A model generated the notes under the pieces. The model was not told the origin of the DNA. It saw only the letters and a list, made by a program, of their open reading frames with translations, and ran no database searches. A stretch of 64,000 nucleotides of DNA from Myxococcota bacterium. Lineage in GTDB: Bacteria > Myxococcota_A > UBA796 > SXON01. Each line of letters starts with the position of its first letter. The first letter of the stretch is position 1. Made by a program: the position numbers and the translations under genes. Of this stretch, positions 20,556 to 29,780 are shown in pieces. The stretch lies in the NCBI GenBank assembly GCA_040386535.1, contig JAZKFH010000012.1, positions 50,371-114,370 of the forward strand, in the 5' to 3' direction.

Positions 20556-21769
20556 CGTCCGCCCAGGCGCCGCAGGCGGTCCATCGCCCGCCAGGTCGGC
20601 GACGCGTAGACCTGCGCGAGGGTCTCCCGCAGGGCGTCCCGCTCGGTGGAGAGGGCCGCCATCGCGTCGGCCTCGCCGTGAACCGCCCGGCGGACCGGCC
20701 GCGCGGCCCAGGATCGGAGCCCCGCGGTGGTGGCCGCGATGCCGTACCGCGCGCGCAAAGGGCCGCGGTCGGGGAGGGGAGCGCGGGGGGCGACGAGCGC
20801 GTCGGACAGGGCCCCGACATCGCCGCTCGGCACCGCGTGGAGCCAGCCCCCGTCGGCCAGATCGCGGGCGAGCTCACACCGCGCGGTGGCGATGACGGGG
20901 AGGCCCTGGTGCAGGTAGAGCAGCAGGCGCGTGCGGCTCCCGAGCTCGGGCTCGAAACCCGGGCGATCGAGAGAGACGCCGACCGAGCACCGCGCGAGCA
21001 CGCGGGCGAGCTCGCTCGGGGGCAGGCGCTCGTGGAACTTGAAGCGGCCGCCGTGGGACGAGGTGCGCGCGCCCGCGGCGAAGGCCGCCCAGGTGTCGGT
21101 GTGGTGGCCGGGGATGGGCCCGCCGACCACGACGACCTCGACAGGAGCGCGGTCCATCGCGTGGAGCAGCCCCGCGAGGAGCGTCTCGCCGTCGAACCAG
21201 GTGTTGAAGCCCCCGACGAGCGCCACGCGCGTGGGGGCGTCGGGCGCGCGGGGCGGCGCCTCGGGGAGGCCCGGGAAGTCCCACGCCACCGGCGTCACGA
21301 ACGCCCACTCGTCCCCCGGCGGGGTGCGGGCGAGCCGACCGAGCAGCCCGAGCTGGCCGAGCAGGGCGTGGCGGCTCGGGCCCGCGATCGTCGTGAACGC
21401 GTCGGCACGCAGGAGCGCCGGCACGAACACGGCCCGGGCCTGCCGCGCGACGTCCTCGGCCCCGCCGAAGGCCGCGACCATCTGGGCGTCCGCGAAGGGG
21501 TCGCCCGGGAGATCGACGCACAGCGGGAGATCCCCGGCGGCGGCGACGGCGGCGCGGGTGGGGCCGAAGATGCCGGCGGACACGACGGCGGTGGGGCGGA
21601 CATCGCGCACCGCCAGGGCAACGTCGTCGGTGCGGGCGTCGATCACGTGGACGTCGTGGTCGCCGCGGAGCGCGGCGAAGAACTGCGCGAGGCGCAGCTG
21701 CGCGAACGAGGTGTCGACCGAGCCGGGGCCCGGGAGGGACCCCTCGCCCACGAGCGCGATGCGGCTCAC
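20552..21769 (-). CDS. Glycosyltransferase (GT-B fold, GT4-like)
   Basis: GGFNTWFD, ELGSRTRLLLYL..GLPVIAT; downstream of wzt. Confidence 0.7.
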   Translation of the reverse strand: MSRIALVGEGSLPGPGSVDTSFAQLRLAQFFAALRGDHDVHVIDARTDDVALAVRDVRPTAVVSAGIFGPTRAAVAAAGDLPLCVDLPGDPFADAQMVAAFGGAEDVARQARAVFVPALLRADAFTTIAGPSRHALLGQLGLLGRLARTPPGDEWAFVTPVAWDFPGLPEAPPRAPDAPTRVALVGGFNTWFDGETLLAGLLHAMDRAPVEVVVVGGPIPGHHTDTWAAFAAGARTSSHGGRFKFHERLPPSELARVLARCSVGVSLDRPGFEPELGSRTRLLLYLHQGLPVIATARCELARDLADGGWLHAVPSGDVGALSDALVAPRAPLPDRGPLRARYGIAATTAGLRSWAARPVRRAVHGEADAMAALSTERDALRETLAQVYASPTWRAMDRLRRLGGR

Positions 21770-21793
21770 GACGAGGCCCTCATCACGAGGAGC

Positions 21794-23239
21794 TCACGGT
21801 GAGCCGCGCTTCGGGGCCGCCTGTGCGTCGTGCCAGGTGAGCAGGCCCCAGCGGTGGGGGATGCGCACGATGCCGTGATCCTCGACGTCCTGGGAGACCT
21901 CGAACGTATAGAGCTGGTTGTGCCATACGTGCGGGGCCACGTGCCCCGCGTCGAAGATCGCCACCGACACCCGGTAGGTGCCCGCGAGCAGGGGGAGCGC
22001 CGGATAGTGCACGAAGAAGGTGTAGACGCCGTGGTAGGTGCCCTCGAGCACGCCGTCGAAGCGGGTGTTGGGCCCGAACACGTACACGCCGTCGTTCCGG
22101 AACAGCGCGACGCCGAAGATCGGGCGCTCCAGCGGCTCGGTGGTGCGGAAGGTCACGGCCACGACGAGGCTCTCGCCGCTGCGGAAGCGCTCGCGCTCGT
22201 GCCCCTGCGCGTCGAGCAGCTGCACCCGCACGATGCGCGCTTCCCCGGTTCCCGCCACCAGCATGCGATCGCCGTCGGTGCGACGCGGCGCGTCCCCCGC
22301 GGCCTCCTCGAACAGCGCCGCGGGATCCTCGAGCGCGCAGGCGACCTCGAGTGTGTCGCGCAGCGCCGGATCCTCCTCGGACACGCGCGACGCGGGCAGG
22401 GAGATGACGCGCTCGGTGCCACCGGGGACCGGGCGGAGCGTGGGGCGCGGCGGCGCGTCGGGCAGCGTGGGGGCGACCCGCACGCGATCGAGCTCGAGGT
22501 AGCGCTCGATGACCTCGCGCGGGGGGCCGATGGCGCGCGGGCGGCCCTTGTCGAGCCAGAGCACCTCGTCGCACAACGAGCGCACGGCGTGCAGATCGTG
22601 GGAGACGAGGACGAGGGTCGCGCCGTCCCGCACGGCCTGCTCGATGCGACGCACACACTTGCGCTGGAAGTATTGGTCGCCGACGGCGAGCACCTCGTCG
22701 ATGAGCAGGATGTCCGCGTCGACGTGCATCGCCACGGCGAACCCGAGGCGCAGGTTCATCCCGGTCGAGTAGGTGCGCACCGGGTAGTCGATGAAGTCGC
22801 CCAGCTCGGCGAAGCGGATGATCTCGGGGACGCGCTCCTGGATCAGCGCCGGATCGAGGCCGAGGAGCGAGCAGGTGAGCTGGATGTTCTCGCGGCCGGT
22901 GAAGGTGTCGTGAAAGCCGACCCCGAGATCGAGCAGCGTCGCCATGCGGCCGTACACCCCGAGGCTGCCCTCCGTCGGCTCCGTGATGCCGGCGAGCAGG
23001 CGGAGCAACGTGCTCTTCCCGGCCCCGTTCGAGCCGATCACCCCGAACGCGCGCCCGCGCTCCACGCGAAAACCCAGGCCTCGCAAGGCCCAATGTTCGA
23101 CGTGGTGCGTGCGGTTGCCGACCAGCTCGAAGAACCGGCTGCGGTCGTTCGGGTAGATGTCGAAGCGCTTCCCGAGCCCCTCGGCCTCGAGCAGGACGGT
23201 CGGGGGCGTGGGGGCCCCGGGGGGCGGCACGATCGGCAT
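21794..23239 (-). CDS. wzt: Polysaccharide ABC exporter ATP-binding protein with C-terminal carbohydrate-binding domain
   Basis: GSNGAGKST, TGRENI, PVRTYSTGM, DEVLAVGD, VSHD; C-terminal Wzt_C-like domain. Confidence 0.9.
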   Translation of the reverse strand: MPIVPPPGAPTPPTVLLEAEGLGKRFDIYPNDRSRFFELVGNRTHHVEHWALRGLGFRVERGRAFGVIGSNGAGKSTLLRLLAGITEPTEGSLGVYGRMATLLDLGVGFHDTFTGRENIQLTCSLLGLDPALIQERVPEIIRFAELGDFIDYPVRTYSTGMNLRLGFAVAMHVDADILLIDEVLAVGDQYFQRKCVRRIEQAVRDGATLVLVSHDLHAVRSLCDEVLWLDKGRPRAIGPPREVIERYLELDRVRVAPTLPDAPPRPTLRPVPGGTERVISLPASRVSEEDPALRDTLEVACALEDPAALFEEAAGDAPRRTDGDRMLVAGTGEARIVRVQLLDAQGHERERFRSGESLVVAVTFRTTEPLERPIFGVALFRNDGVYVFGPNTRFDGVLEGTYHGVYTFFVHYPALPLLAGTYRVSVAIFDAGHVAPHVWHNQLYTFEVSQDVEDHGIVRIPHRWGLLTWHDAQAAPKRGSP

Positions 23240-23295
23240 GGGACGCGGGAGGCCCTCTCGGTGTGGCGGCGGTTGTCATGCTACCCTGCGCGGGC

Positions 23296-23814
23296 ATGAA
23301 CGTGGCGCGCGCCATCCTGGTTCTGTTGGGCGGATGTCGGGGGATCGACTCCGTGCCCATCGTCGCCGGCGAACACTGTGAGCCCGACCGGGAAGAGACG
23401 GTCGCGTGCACGCTCGACGGGGACACGGTGCAGCTCGGAGTGCAGCTCGGCGTCTGCGGGGGTGAGTCGGTGCGGCTGCTCGGGGTGAGCGCGCCCGAGA
23501 TCGCGCACGACAGCACCGAGATCGACGAGTGTTTCGGGCCCGAGGCCGCCGCGTGGATGGCCGCCCGCCTCGACGGCGAGGATGTGCGGCTCGAGTTCGA
23601 CGCGGAGTGCGCGGACCAGTACAAGCGCACGCTCGCCTACATCTGGACGGTCGACGAGGACGGCGAGGAGTCCCTCGTGAACGAAGAGATCGTCCGCGCC
23701 GGATACGCCCGCGTGTACGAGGACTTCGACGACATCCGCCTCGCCGAGCGCCTGTACGCCGCGCAGGCAGACGCGCAATCCATGAACGCCGGCCTCTGGG
23801 CGGTCTGTGAATAG
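23296..23814 (+). CDS. Thermonuclease (SNase) family secreted protein
   Basis: DGDT, VRLLGVSAPE, DQYKRTLAY, NEEIVRAGYA, GLW. Confidence 0.85.
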   Translation: MNVARAILVLLGGCRGIDSVPIVAGEHCEPDREETVACTLDGDTVQLGVQLGVCGGESVRLLGVSAPEIAHDSTEIDECFGPEAAAWMAARLDGEDVRLEFDAECADQYKRTLAYIWTVDEDGEESLVNEEIVRAGYARVYEDFDDIRLAERLYAAQADAQSMNAGLWAVCE

Positions 23815-24757
23815 GGGCCTCGCGCCGGAGCCCGTCGGCGTGCTCGCGCCGTCGATCGTCCCGTCGATCGTGAGCCTGCTGAACGGCGTCGCCGAGTGGC
23901 GGGCGCGCACCGCGGGCGAGCTGGACGGGGCCCTCGCGGCCATCGCCGACGAGGAGCGGGCGGTCCGCCGCCGAATCGAAGACGCGAACCGGCAGGCCGC
24001 GGCGCTCGGATCCGTCCGGCGCGAGCAGGAGGAGCGTCTGGTCGAGCTCGACGAGGAGACCCTCCGTCGCAAGCGGACAGGCATTCGACAAGCCCTGAAG
24101 GTCGATCGCGCGCTGATGGAAGAGCGCGCCGACTCGCTCCTTCGTTGGCGCCAGGGCCACGATGACGCCCTCGGCGCCGGGCTCGACGCGCCGGACATGG
24201 CCGAGGCGATGAACGAGTACCTCGACGCGCAGGACCGCACCGCGGGTGTCCACGGGAGCCTCCTGGCGTCGCCCGAGGAGCTGGTGACCCCCCTCGCGCG
24301 CGCCCGGCTCGATCCCTATCTGCGCGCCGCCGCGACCGCTCCGCCGCCCCTCGCGGCGCCACGGGCCGGCGTGGGGGTCGTCGTGTCCGTCGATCCACCG
24401 GAGGGCCGCCCCGAGGCGCTCCTGATCGTGCTCCCCGTGCCCTGGGCAGTGTATGCCGAGGCGATCCTGCGGGAGGAGGACCTCTGCACGTTGCTCGCGT
24501 ACCGGATGGTCGCCGCGCTCCACGTGCTGCTCGCCGAGGTGGGCGCGCCCGAGGCGCTCGTACGCTTCGCGGACCTGCAGGGCAGCCTCGCGATCCAGGT
24601 CTGGCTGGGCGATACCCCCGTCGTCATCGACCTCCGCGAGCGCGTGATGGAGGCCGTGGCGGCGGCGGTCGAGGGGGCGCCGGAGCTCCAGGCGGCGGCG
24701 CTCGAGGTCAACCCGGTGTGGCTCACCCCCGATCTGCTCGTAGAGGCGACGCCATGA
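23807..24757 (+). CDS. Hypothetical protein with N-terminal coiled coil
   Basis: Overlaps both neighbours; host-like composition. Confidence 0.65.
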   Translation: MNRGLAPEPVGVLAPSIVPSIVSLLNGVAEWRARTAGELDGALAAIADEERAVRRRIEDANRQAAALGSVRREQEERLVELDEETLRRKRTGIRQALKVDRALMEERADSLLRWRQGHDDALGAGLDAPDMAEAMNEYLDAQDRTAGVHGSLLASPEELVTPLARARLDPYLRAAATAPPPLAAPRAGVGVVVSVDPPEGRPEALLIVLPVPWAVYAEAILREEDLCTLLAYRMVAALHVLLAEVGAPEALVRFADLQGSLAIQVWLGDTPVVIDLRERVMEAVAAAVEGAPELQAAALEVNPVWLTPDLLVEATP

Positions 24758-25239
24758 GCTTCGGCCTGGACACGTTGCGGCCGTGGAGCGTCATGCGCGT
24801 GGCGGACGCCCTGGATCTGCACCCGTTCGAGGTGATCCGCATCCTCGCCACGGACGGCACCCTCCCCCGTGATCTGCGCCTGCGGCCGCGGGATGCCGCC
24901 CGCGTCGTGGAGGCCGGCGGCCTCGAGGCGTGGTGGGGGGAGCTCGACCGGGAGATCTCGGGGCCGCTTCTCGTCCGCGCGCTCGCCACCCAGCTGCTGG
25001 ATCGGCAGGTGGTGGAGCCCGCCTGGACCCGCGCCGACAACCTCTTCCGAGGGCTCGAGCCACTGGAACAGGGCGTGGTGCGACGTGCTGTCAACGCGTG
25101 GATACGCTCCGGTGCAATGGCCAGCCGGATGTCCGCCCGTGGAATGGAGCTCTGTGTGCGGCCCGCGGCCGTGGCGGACCTCGCGGCGCTTGCCGAGACC
25201 GGGACCGGCGCCTACTCCGGGCTCCTGGAGGACGGATGA
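24754..25239 (+). CDS. Hypothetical protein
   Basis: ATGA overlaps at both ends. Confidence 0.65.
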   Translation: MSFGLDTLRPWSVMRVADALDLHPFEVIRILATDGTLPRDLRLRPRDAARVVEAGGLEAWWGELDREISGPLLVRALATQLLDRQVVEPAWTRADNLFRGLEPLEQGVVRRAVNAWIRSGAMASRMSARGMELCVRPAAVADLAALAETGTGAYSGLLEDG

Positions 25240-26822
25240 GCGAGCGGGGGCGATCGAGCCTGTTTGGACGGCCGGGCGCGCTGCTCGTGGAAGAGACCGC
25301 GCCGCGAATCGCGATGCCGTCTCCGCCGGTGCGCGGGCGCGCGCCGGAGGTGGAGCGCTTCGATCCCATCGTCGACGCGGGGGACGACGACGAGTCGCCT
25401 GCCGCGGGCCCGCTGCAGGTGTTCGTGGGCGCGTCCGGGGCCGAGCACACCTCTCCCGGGATGATGAACGCGAACGCGATGGACGAGCTGGGCGATGTCT
25501 TCGGGCGTCCCCCGCCCCCGTCCCGCATCGAGCGGGTGGAGCTCCCGGAGCCCCGCGTCGGCGTGTCCGCGCGCCCTGGCGTGGCGGTGCGCCCGCCGCC
25601 TGCCGCGCCCTCGAGCCCTCCGATCGTGCGCCAACGGAGCCAGGGGATCGCGACCGCCGCGACACGCGCGCGGAGCCCCACCGTTCCGATCGAGCCGCCG
25701 CTCGTCAACCCCTTCGCGGATGACGAGAACACGAACGTCGAGATCATGCCCATCGAGATCTTCGACACCCCGCGCGGGGCCACCGAGCGGCCGGCGAAGG
25801 TGCCGCCGTGGGACGAGCCGCGTGCCCGGCGGACCCACCCCTCCGAGATCTCGTTCCCCGGCAACGCGCGCATCCCCCCCCGTTCGTCCACGTTCGAGGG
25901 GCGCACCGGCGAGCCGACCAACCCGGGAGAGCTCTTCGTCCCGTTCGGCGAGATCTCGTCGCCGGGCAGGCCCGCCCCGGCGAGCTTGTCCGTCCCCGTC
26001 TCGGCGCCCCCCCTGTTCGCGACGCCCGCTCCCCTTTCGACGCCGCCGGGTCTGTCTACGTCGGCCGGCTTTGGTACCCCCGCGCCCGCGGCGGGGGCGC
26101 AGGCCCCCCGGCCCATGCCCACGGTGGCGCTCCTGGCTCGCCCGCCGGCGCCGCCGCCCCGACAGCGCCTCCGTCTCGGGCGGCCGAGCCGCCGCCAGGT
26201 CCTCGCCGTGGCCGCGGTGGTGGTGCTCCTCGCGGCCGGCGTCGGCGCGTGGCGCTGGGAGCATTCGAACCCAGGCGGCTTCGCCGCGTTGGGAGACCGT
26301 CTCACCACCCAGATCGCGACGATCCGTGCGCCCGCCCGCGTGGTGGATGCCGGCACCGCGCCCGTCGTCGGCGCCGCCGCTCCGGACCCGATCGCCTCGG
26401 GCGCCGAGCTGTCCGCCGCGCCCGCCGCGCCCGCCGCGGTCGTCTCGGCCGAGGTGCCGCCCGAAGTGCCGCCCGAAGTCGTCCCGGCCGAAGTCGTCGC
26501 GGTCGAGCCGACCCCGGTCGCGCCGGTCCCGGTGGCCCCGCCCGCGGCCGTGGTCCCTGTCGCCAAGGCCGGCGCCACCCCCCTCGAGGAGCGGCGCGGC
26601 GACTTCCAGACCGCCACCGGCTTCCTTCAGGTGCTGTGCAACAAGAAGGCGACCATCTACGTGGACAACGTGAAGATGGGCTCCACCGCGGACCACGCGT
26701 CCATCGAGCTCACCGCCGGGACCCACCGCGTCAAGGTGGTCGGCTCCAACGGGCGGAGCCGCACGATGGACGTGCGGATCGACGCCGGGCGCCCGCGCCA
26801 GGTTCAGCTCGACCTGCGCTGA
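25236..26822 (+). CDS. Pro-rich single-pass membrane protein with C-terminal PEGA-like domain
   Basis: Low-complexity Pro-rich region, one TM, then GFLQV....ATIYVDN..MG.T....IELTAGTHRVKV. Confidence 0.75.
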   Translation: MSERGRSSLFGRPGALLVEETAPRIAMPSPPVRGRAPEVERFDPIVDAGDDDESPAAGPLQVFVGASGAEHTSPGMMNANAMDELGDVFGRPPPPSRIERVELPEPRVGVSARPGVAVRPPPAAPSSPPIVRQRSQGIATAATRARSPTVPIEPPLVNPFADDENTNVEIMPIEIFDTPRGATERPAKVPPWDEPRARRTHPSEISFPGNARIPPRSSTFEGRTGEPTNPGELFVPFGEISSPGRPAPASLSVPVSAPPLFATPAPLSTPPGLSTSAGFGTPAPAAGAQAPRPMPTVALLARPPAPPPRQRLRLGRPSRRQVLAVAAVVVLLAAGVGAWRWEHSNPGGFAALGDRLTTQIATIRAPARVVDAGTAPVVGAAAPDPIASGAELSAAPAAPAAVVSAEVPPEVPPEVVPAEVVAVEPTPVAPVPVAPPAAVVPVAKAGATPLEERRGDFQTATGFLQVLCNKKATIYVDNVKMGSTADHASIELTAGTHRVKVVGSNGRSRTMDVRIDAGRPRQVQLDLR

Positions 26823-26826
26823 AGGA

Positions 26827-27519
26827 TCAGGCCGCCGGCGCGTTCCGGGCGGGGCGCGCCCCGAAGATCGCGGTGCCGACACGCACCAGCGTGGCGCCGT
26901 ACCGCACGGCCACGGCGTAGTCGTGGCTCATCCCCATGGAGAGCTCGTGCAAGGGGAGCCCCGCCGCGCGCCCGCGTGCCCCGAGGTCGGCCAGCGCCTC
27001 GAACCACGGCGCCGCGGCGTCGGGGGTGGCGACCGCGGGCGGGATGCACATGAGGCCCTGAAGCGAAACGCCCGGGATGCGTGTCATGGCCTCGGCCATC
27101 GCGAGCGCGTCCTTCGGCAGCACCCCGCTCTTCTGCGGCTCCTCGCCGATGTTGACGCCGAGGAGGATGCCGGTCGGGGAGCCACCCGAGCGCTTCCCGA
27201 TCTCCTCCGCGAGGGCCACGTTGTCGACATCGTGGACGAGCAGGGCGCGCCCGACGACGTACTTGACCTTGTTGCGCTGGAGCGCGCCGATGAAGTGCCA
27301 CCGGATGGGCGGCGGCACGAGCTCCGCCTTGTCGCGCAGCTCCTGGGCGTAGTTCTCGCCGAAGTCGAGCTGGCCGGCCTCCCTCGCCTCGAGGATCGCC
27401 GCCACGGGCTGCACCTTGGACACGGCCACGAGGCGCACGGACTCCACCGGCCGACCGGCGGCCAGGGTCGCCTCACGCAGGGTGGCACGGACACGGTCGA
27501 GGTTCTCGGCGATGGTCAT
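26827..27519 (-). CDS. yggS: PLP homeostasis protein YggS
   Basis: LVAVSK, FGENYAQE, WHFIGALQRNK, LSMGMSHD, VRVGTAIFG. Confidence 0.95.
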   Translation of the reverse strand: MTIAENLDRVRATLREATLAAGRPVESVRLVAVSKVQPVAAILEAREAGQLDFGENYAQELRDKAELVPPPIRWHFIGALQRNKVKYVVGRALLVHDVDNVALAEEIGKRSGGSPTGILLGVNIGEEPQKSGVLPKDALAMAEAMTRIPGVSLQGLMCIPPAVATPDAAAPWFEALADLGARGRAAGLPLHELSMGMSHDYAVAVRYGATLVRVGTAIFGARPARNAPAA

Positions 27520-28106
27520 GGAGCTCCGAATCGCGCCAGCAGCGCGAGGGTCTCCCGCAAGGGGAGCCCGATCACGTTGGTGTAGCTGCCGCTCACGCGG
27601 TCAACCAGGGCGCCGCCGTGGCCCTGGATCCCGTAGCCGCCGGCCTTGTCGTAGGGCTCGCCCGTCGCGAGGTAGGTGGTGATGTCGCGCTCGGAGAGCT
27701 CGCGGAAGCGCACCTGTGTTGCGCAGATACGCTCGTGGACGCGGGCGCCGACACGCAGCGCGACCGCGGTGTACACGGTGTGGGTGCGGCCCGAGAGGGT
27801 GGTGAGCAGGACGCGTGCCTCGTCGGGGCCTGCGGGCTTGCCGAGCACGGCGCCGTCCAGCGCGACCACGGTGTCCGCCGCGAGCACACGGTCGCCGACT
27901 ACGGCCAGGGCCTTCTCGCGGGCGACACGGCGCGCGTAGGCCTTGGGGAGCTCGGCGGGAAGCACGCGCTCGTCGAGGTCGGCGGGGCGCACCTCGAACG
28001 TGACCCCGGCGGACTCGAGCAGAGCGCGCCGCCGAGGGGAGGCGCTGGCGAGGATCAACACGGGCCTGGTTCTCCGGGACATGCCGCGCTTCGGCGGCGA
28101 GCCCAT
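27516..28106 (-). CDS. maf: Maf family nucleotide pyrophosphatase
   Basis: LILASASPRR, ADTVV, LGKP, DKAGGYGIQG, NVIGLP. Confidence 0.95.
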   Translation of the reverse strand: MGSPPKRGMSRRTRPVLILASASPRRRALLESAGVTFEVRPADLDERVLPAELPKAYARRVAREKALAVVGDRVLAADTVVALDGAVLGKPAGPDEARVLLTTLSGRTHTVYTAVALRVGARVHERICATQVRFRELSERDITTYLATGEPYDKAGGYGIQGHGGALVDRVSGSYTNVIGLPLRETLALLARFGAP

Positions 28107-28598
28107 CTACCCCCGCCGCGCCTCCAGCGCATCGCGATGCCGCAGACGGCTCTGTCGCCGCAGTTCGGCCTCCGCGTGCCGGCGCACGTCGTCCTCCGAC
28201 TCCGAGAGGAGCCGCGGCACCGCGGCCGGCCGCCCGTCGACCAGCGACACGAACGTGGTGTACGCGCTGGCCGTGTGGGTGCGCTCGCCCGTGAGGGGAT
28301 CCTCGCCCTCGACCCGCACGCCCACCTCGACCGACCGGTTCCACGCGGCGTTCACGCAGGACCGGAAGATCGCGATGTGGCCGCGCTGGATCGGGTGCAG
28401 GAAGTGGAGCTCGTCGATCGAGACGGTGACCACCTGGGTGCGACAGAAGCGCTGCGCCGAGATGGCCGCGCACATGTCGATCCACGCGGCCACCTGGCCC
28501 CCGAAGATGGTCCCGATGGCGTTCGTGTACTGCGGGAGGACGAGCTGGGTCAGCTCCACCCGCGTGGCGCTGGCCGGAACGGGGGGGCGGTCGATCAC
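28107..28598 (-). CDS. Acyl-CoA thioesterase (hotdog fold, YciA-like)
   Basis: TNAIGTIFGG..AWID, VVTVSID...FLHPI, SVEVGVRV; GTG start at 28598. Confidence 0.9.
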   Translation of the reverse strand: MIDRPPVPASATRVELTQLVLPQYTNAIGTIFGGQVAAWIDMCAAISAQRFCRTQVVTVSIDELHFLHPIQRGHIAIFRSCVNAAWNRSVEVGVRVEGEDPLTGERTHTASAYTTFVSLVDGRPAAVPRLLSESEDDVRRHAEAELRRQSRLRHRDALEARRG

Positions 28599-29098
28599 TT
28601 CTTGAACCAGGCGCTCACTTGAAGCGTGCCGCCGTAGGCGAGGCCCACCTTGCCCGTGAGCAGGTTCGACGCGCCGATGACGGGCACGATGTACATGCCG
28701 AAGCCCATGCCCTGCTTCATCTCGGCGCCCATGCGCATCTGGGCGAGGGCCTGCCACCCCACGGAGCTGAACCCCGTGTCGGAGTGGATGGTGACGGAGC
28801 CGCCGGGCATGAGCACGCCCTCGACTTCCGGGGCCACCTTGCGCTTCATCGCGATGCCGGACACGTCGATGCCGACGTCGAGCATCCCGTTGGGGAGCTC
28901 GCCGATGAGGTCGAGGAGGTGCACCTGCACCAGCACGCCCTTGGCGCGGTAGTCGAGCGAAGGCGCCATGACGCCGAGCGCGGCGCCGTCGTTGGTGGCG
29001 CCCATGGCGGCGGTCATGCCGAAGCCCGCGTGGGCGGGGGCGGAGGCGGCCAGGGCGAGGGCCAACAGGGCGATCAACTTCTTCATCAGCATCTCCAA
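28595..29098 (-). CDS. Secreted hypothetical protein, possible outer-membrane beta-barrel
   Basis: MKK signal peptide with AHA cleavage site; beta-strand pattern ending in SAWF. Confidence 0.65.
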   Translation of the reverse strand: MEMLMKKLIALLALALAASAPAHAGFGMTAAMGATNDGAALGVMAPSLDYRAKGVLVQVHLLDLIGELPNGMLDVGIDVSGIAMKRKVAPEVEGVLMPGGSVTIHSDTGFSSVGWQALAQMRMGAEMKQGMGFGMYIVPVIGASNLLTGKVGLAYGGTLQVSAWFKK

Positions 29099-29195
29099 GG
29101 TGCGCGCCTAACAGACCACGTCGGTCTTGACAGGGCAAGCGGGCGGCGCCGCGATTGACGTTCGGCCGGGTTCGGTGACATTCGTGAACGCGCAA

Positions 29196-29780
29196 TCACA
29201 GGAACGGCACAGGCCCGGTCCGCACGATCGGCTCGGCGTTGGGGGTGGGTGGCGACGCCTGGAGCCCGTCGGGGCCCAGCCCGTCGGGGCCCATCCCGTC
29301 GAAGACCGCGAGCACGCCTCGCAGCACGCTACCGTGCCCTACGACCAGGGTGGGGGTGCCGTCGTCCCAGTGGCGGAGGGCCGCGAGCGCGCGCCGCACT
29401 GCGGTCGCACGGCTCTCTCCACGCGGCGGGCCCTCGTGCCAGGGGAGCAGATATCGCTCGCGACGCCCATCGGCGGTGCACGCGGCGATGACCTCCCGTT
29501 GAAGCTCGCCCATGTGCCGCTCGCGCAGCTCACCGAGGGTGTGGATCGGGACCGCCCGCCCCGCGAGCGCGAGGCGGGCGGTCTGTCGGGCGCGGTCGAG
29601 GTCGCTGACCAGGCAGCGCCCGATCGGCACCTCGAGGAGGGCGAGGCCGGCCGCGCGCGCCTGCTCCTCGCCCCGCGGGGTCAGCGCGACATCCTCCCAC
29701 CCGGAGAACCAGCCCGCCGCATTGGCGACCGACTCTCCGTGGCGGAGGAAGATCCAGCGCGTGGCCCCGTGCCCTCCCAC
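29196..29780 (-). CDS. Histidine phosphatase (phosphoglycerate mutase family)
   Basis: RHGES, SDL.RA.QT, LRER.MG, VVGHG. Confidence 0.9.
   Translation of the reverse strand: MGGHGATRWIFLRHGESVANAAGWFSGWEDVALTPRGEEQARAAGLALLEVPIGRCLVSDLDRARQTARLALAGRAVPIHTLGELRERHMGELQREVIAACTADGRRERYLLPWHEGPPRGESRATAVRRALAALRHWDDGTPTLVVGHGSVLRGVLAVFDGMGPDGLGPDGLQASPPTPNAEPIVRTGPVPFL

Noticed and set aside
29099..29195. TTGACA/TTGACG hexamers suggesting a plus-strand promoter or sRNA
   Set aside because: No convincing -10 element or terminator; flanking genes are on the minus strand
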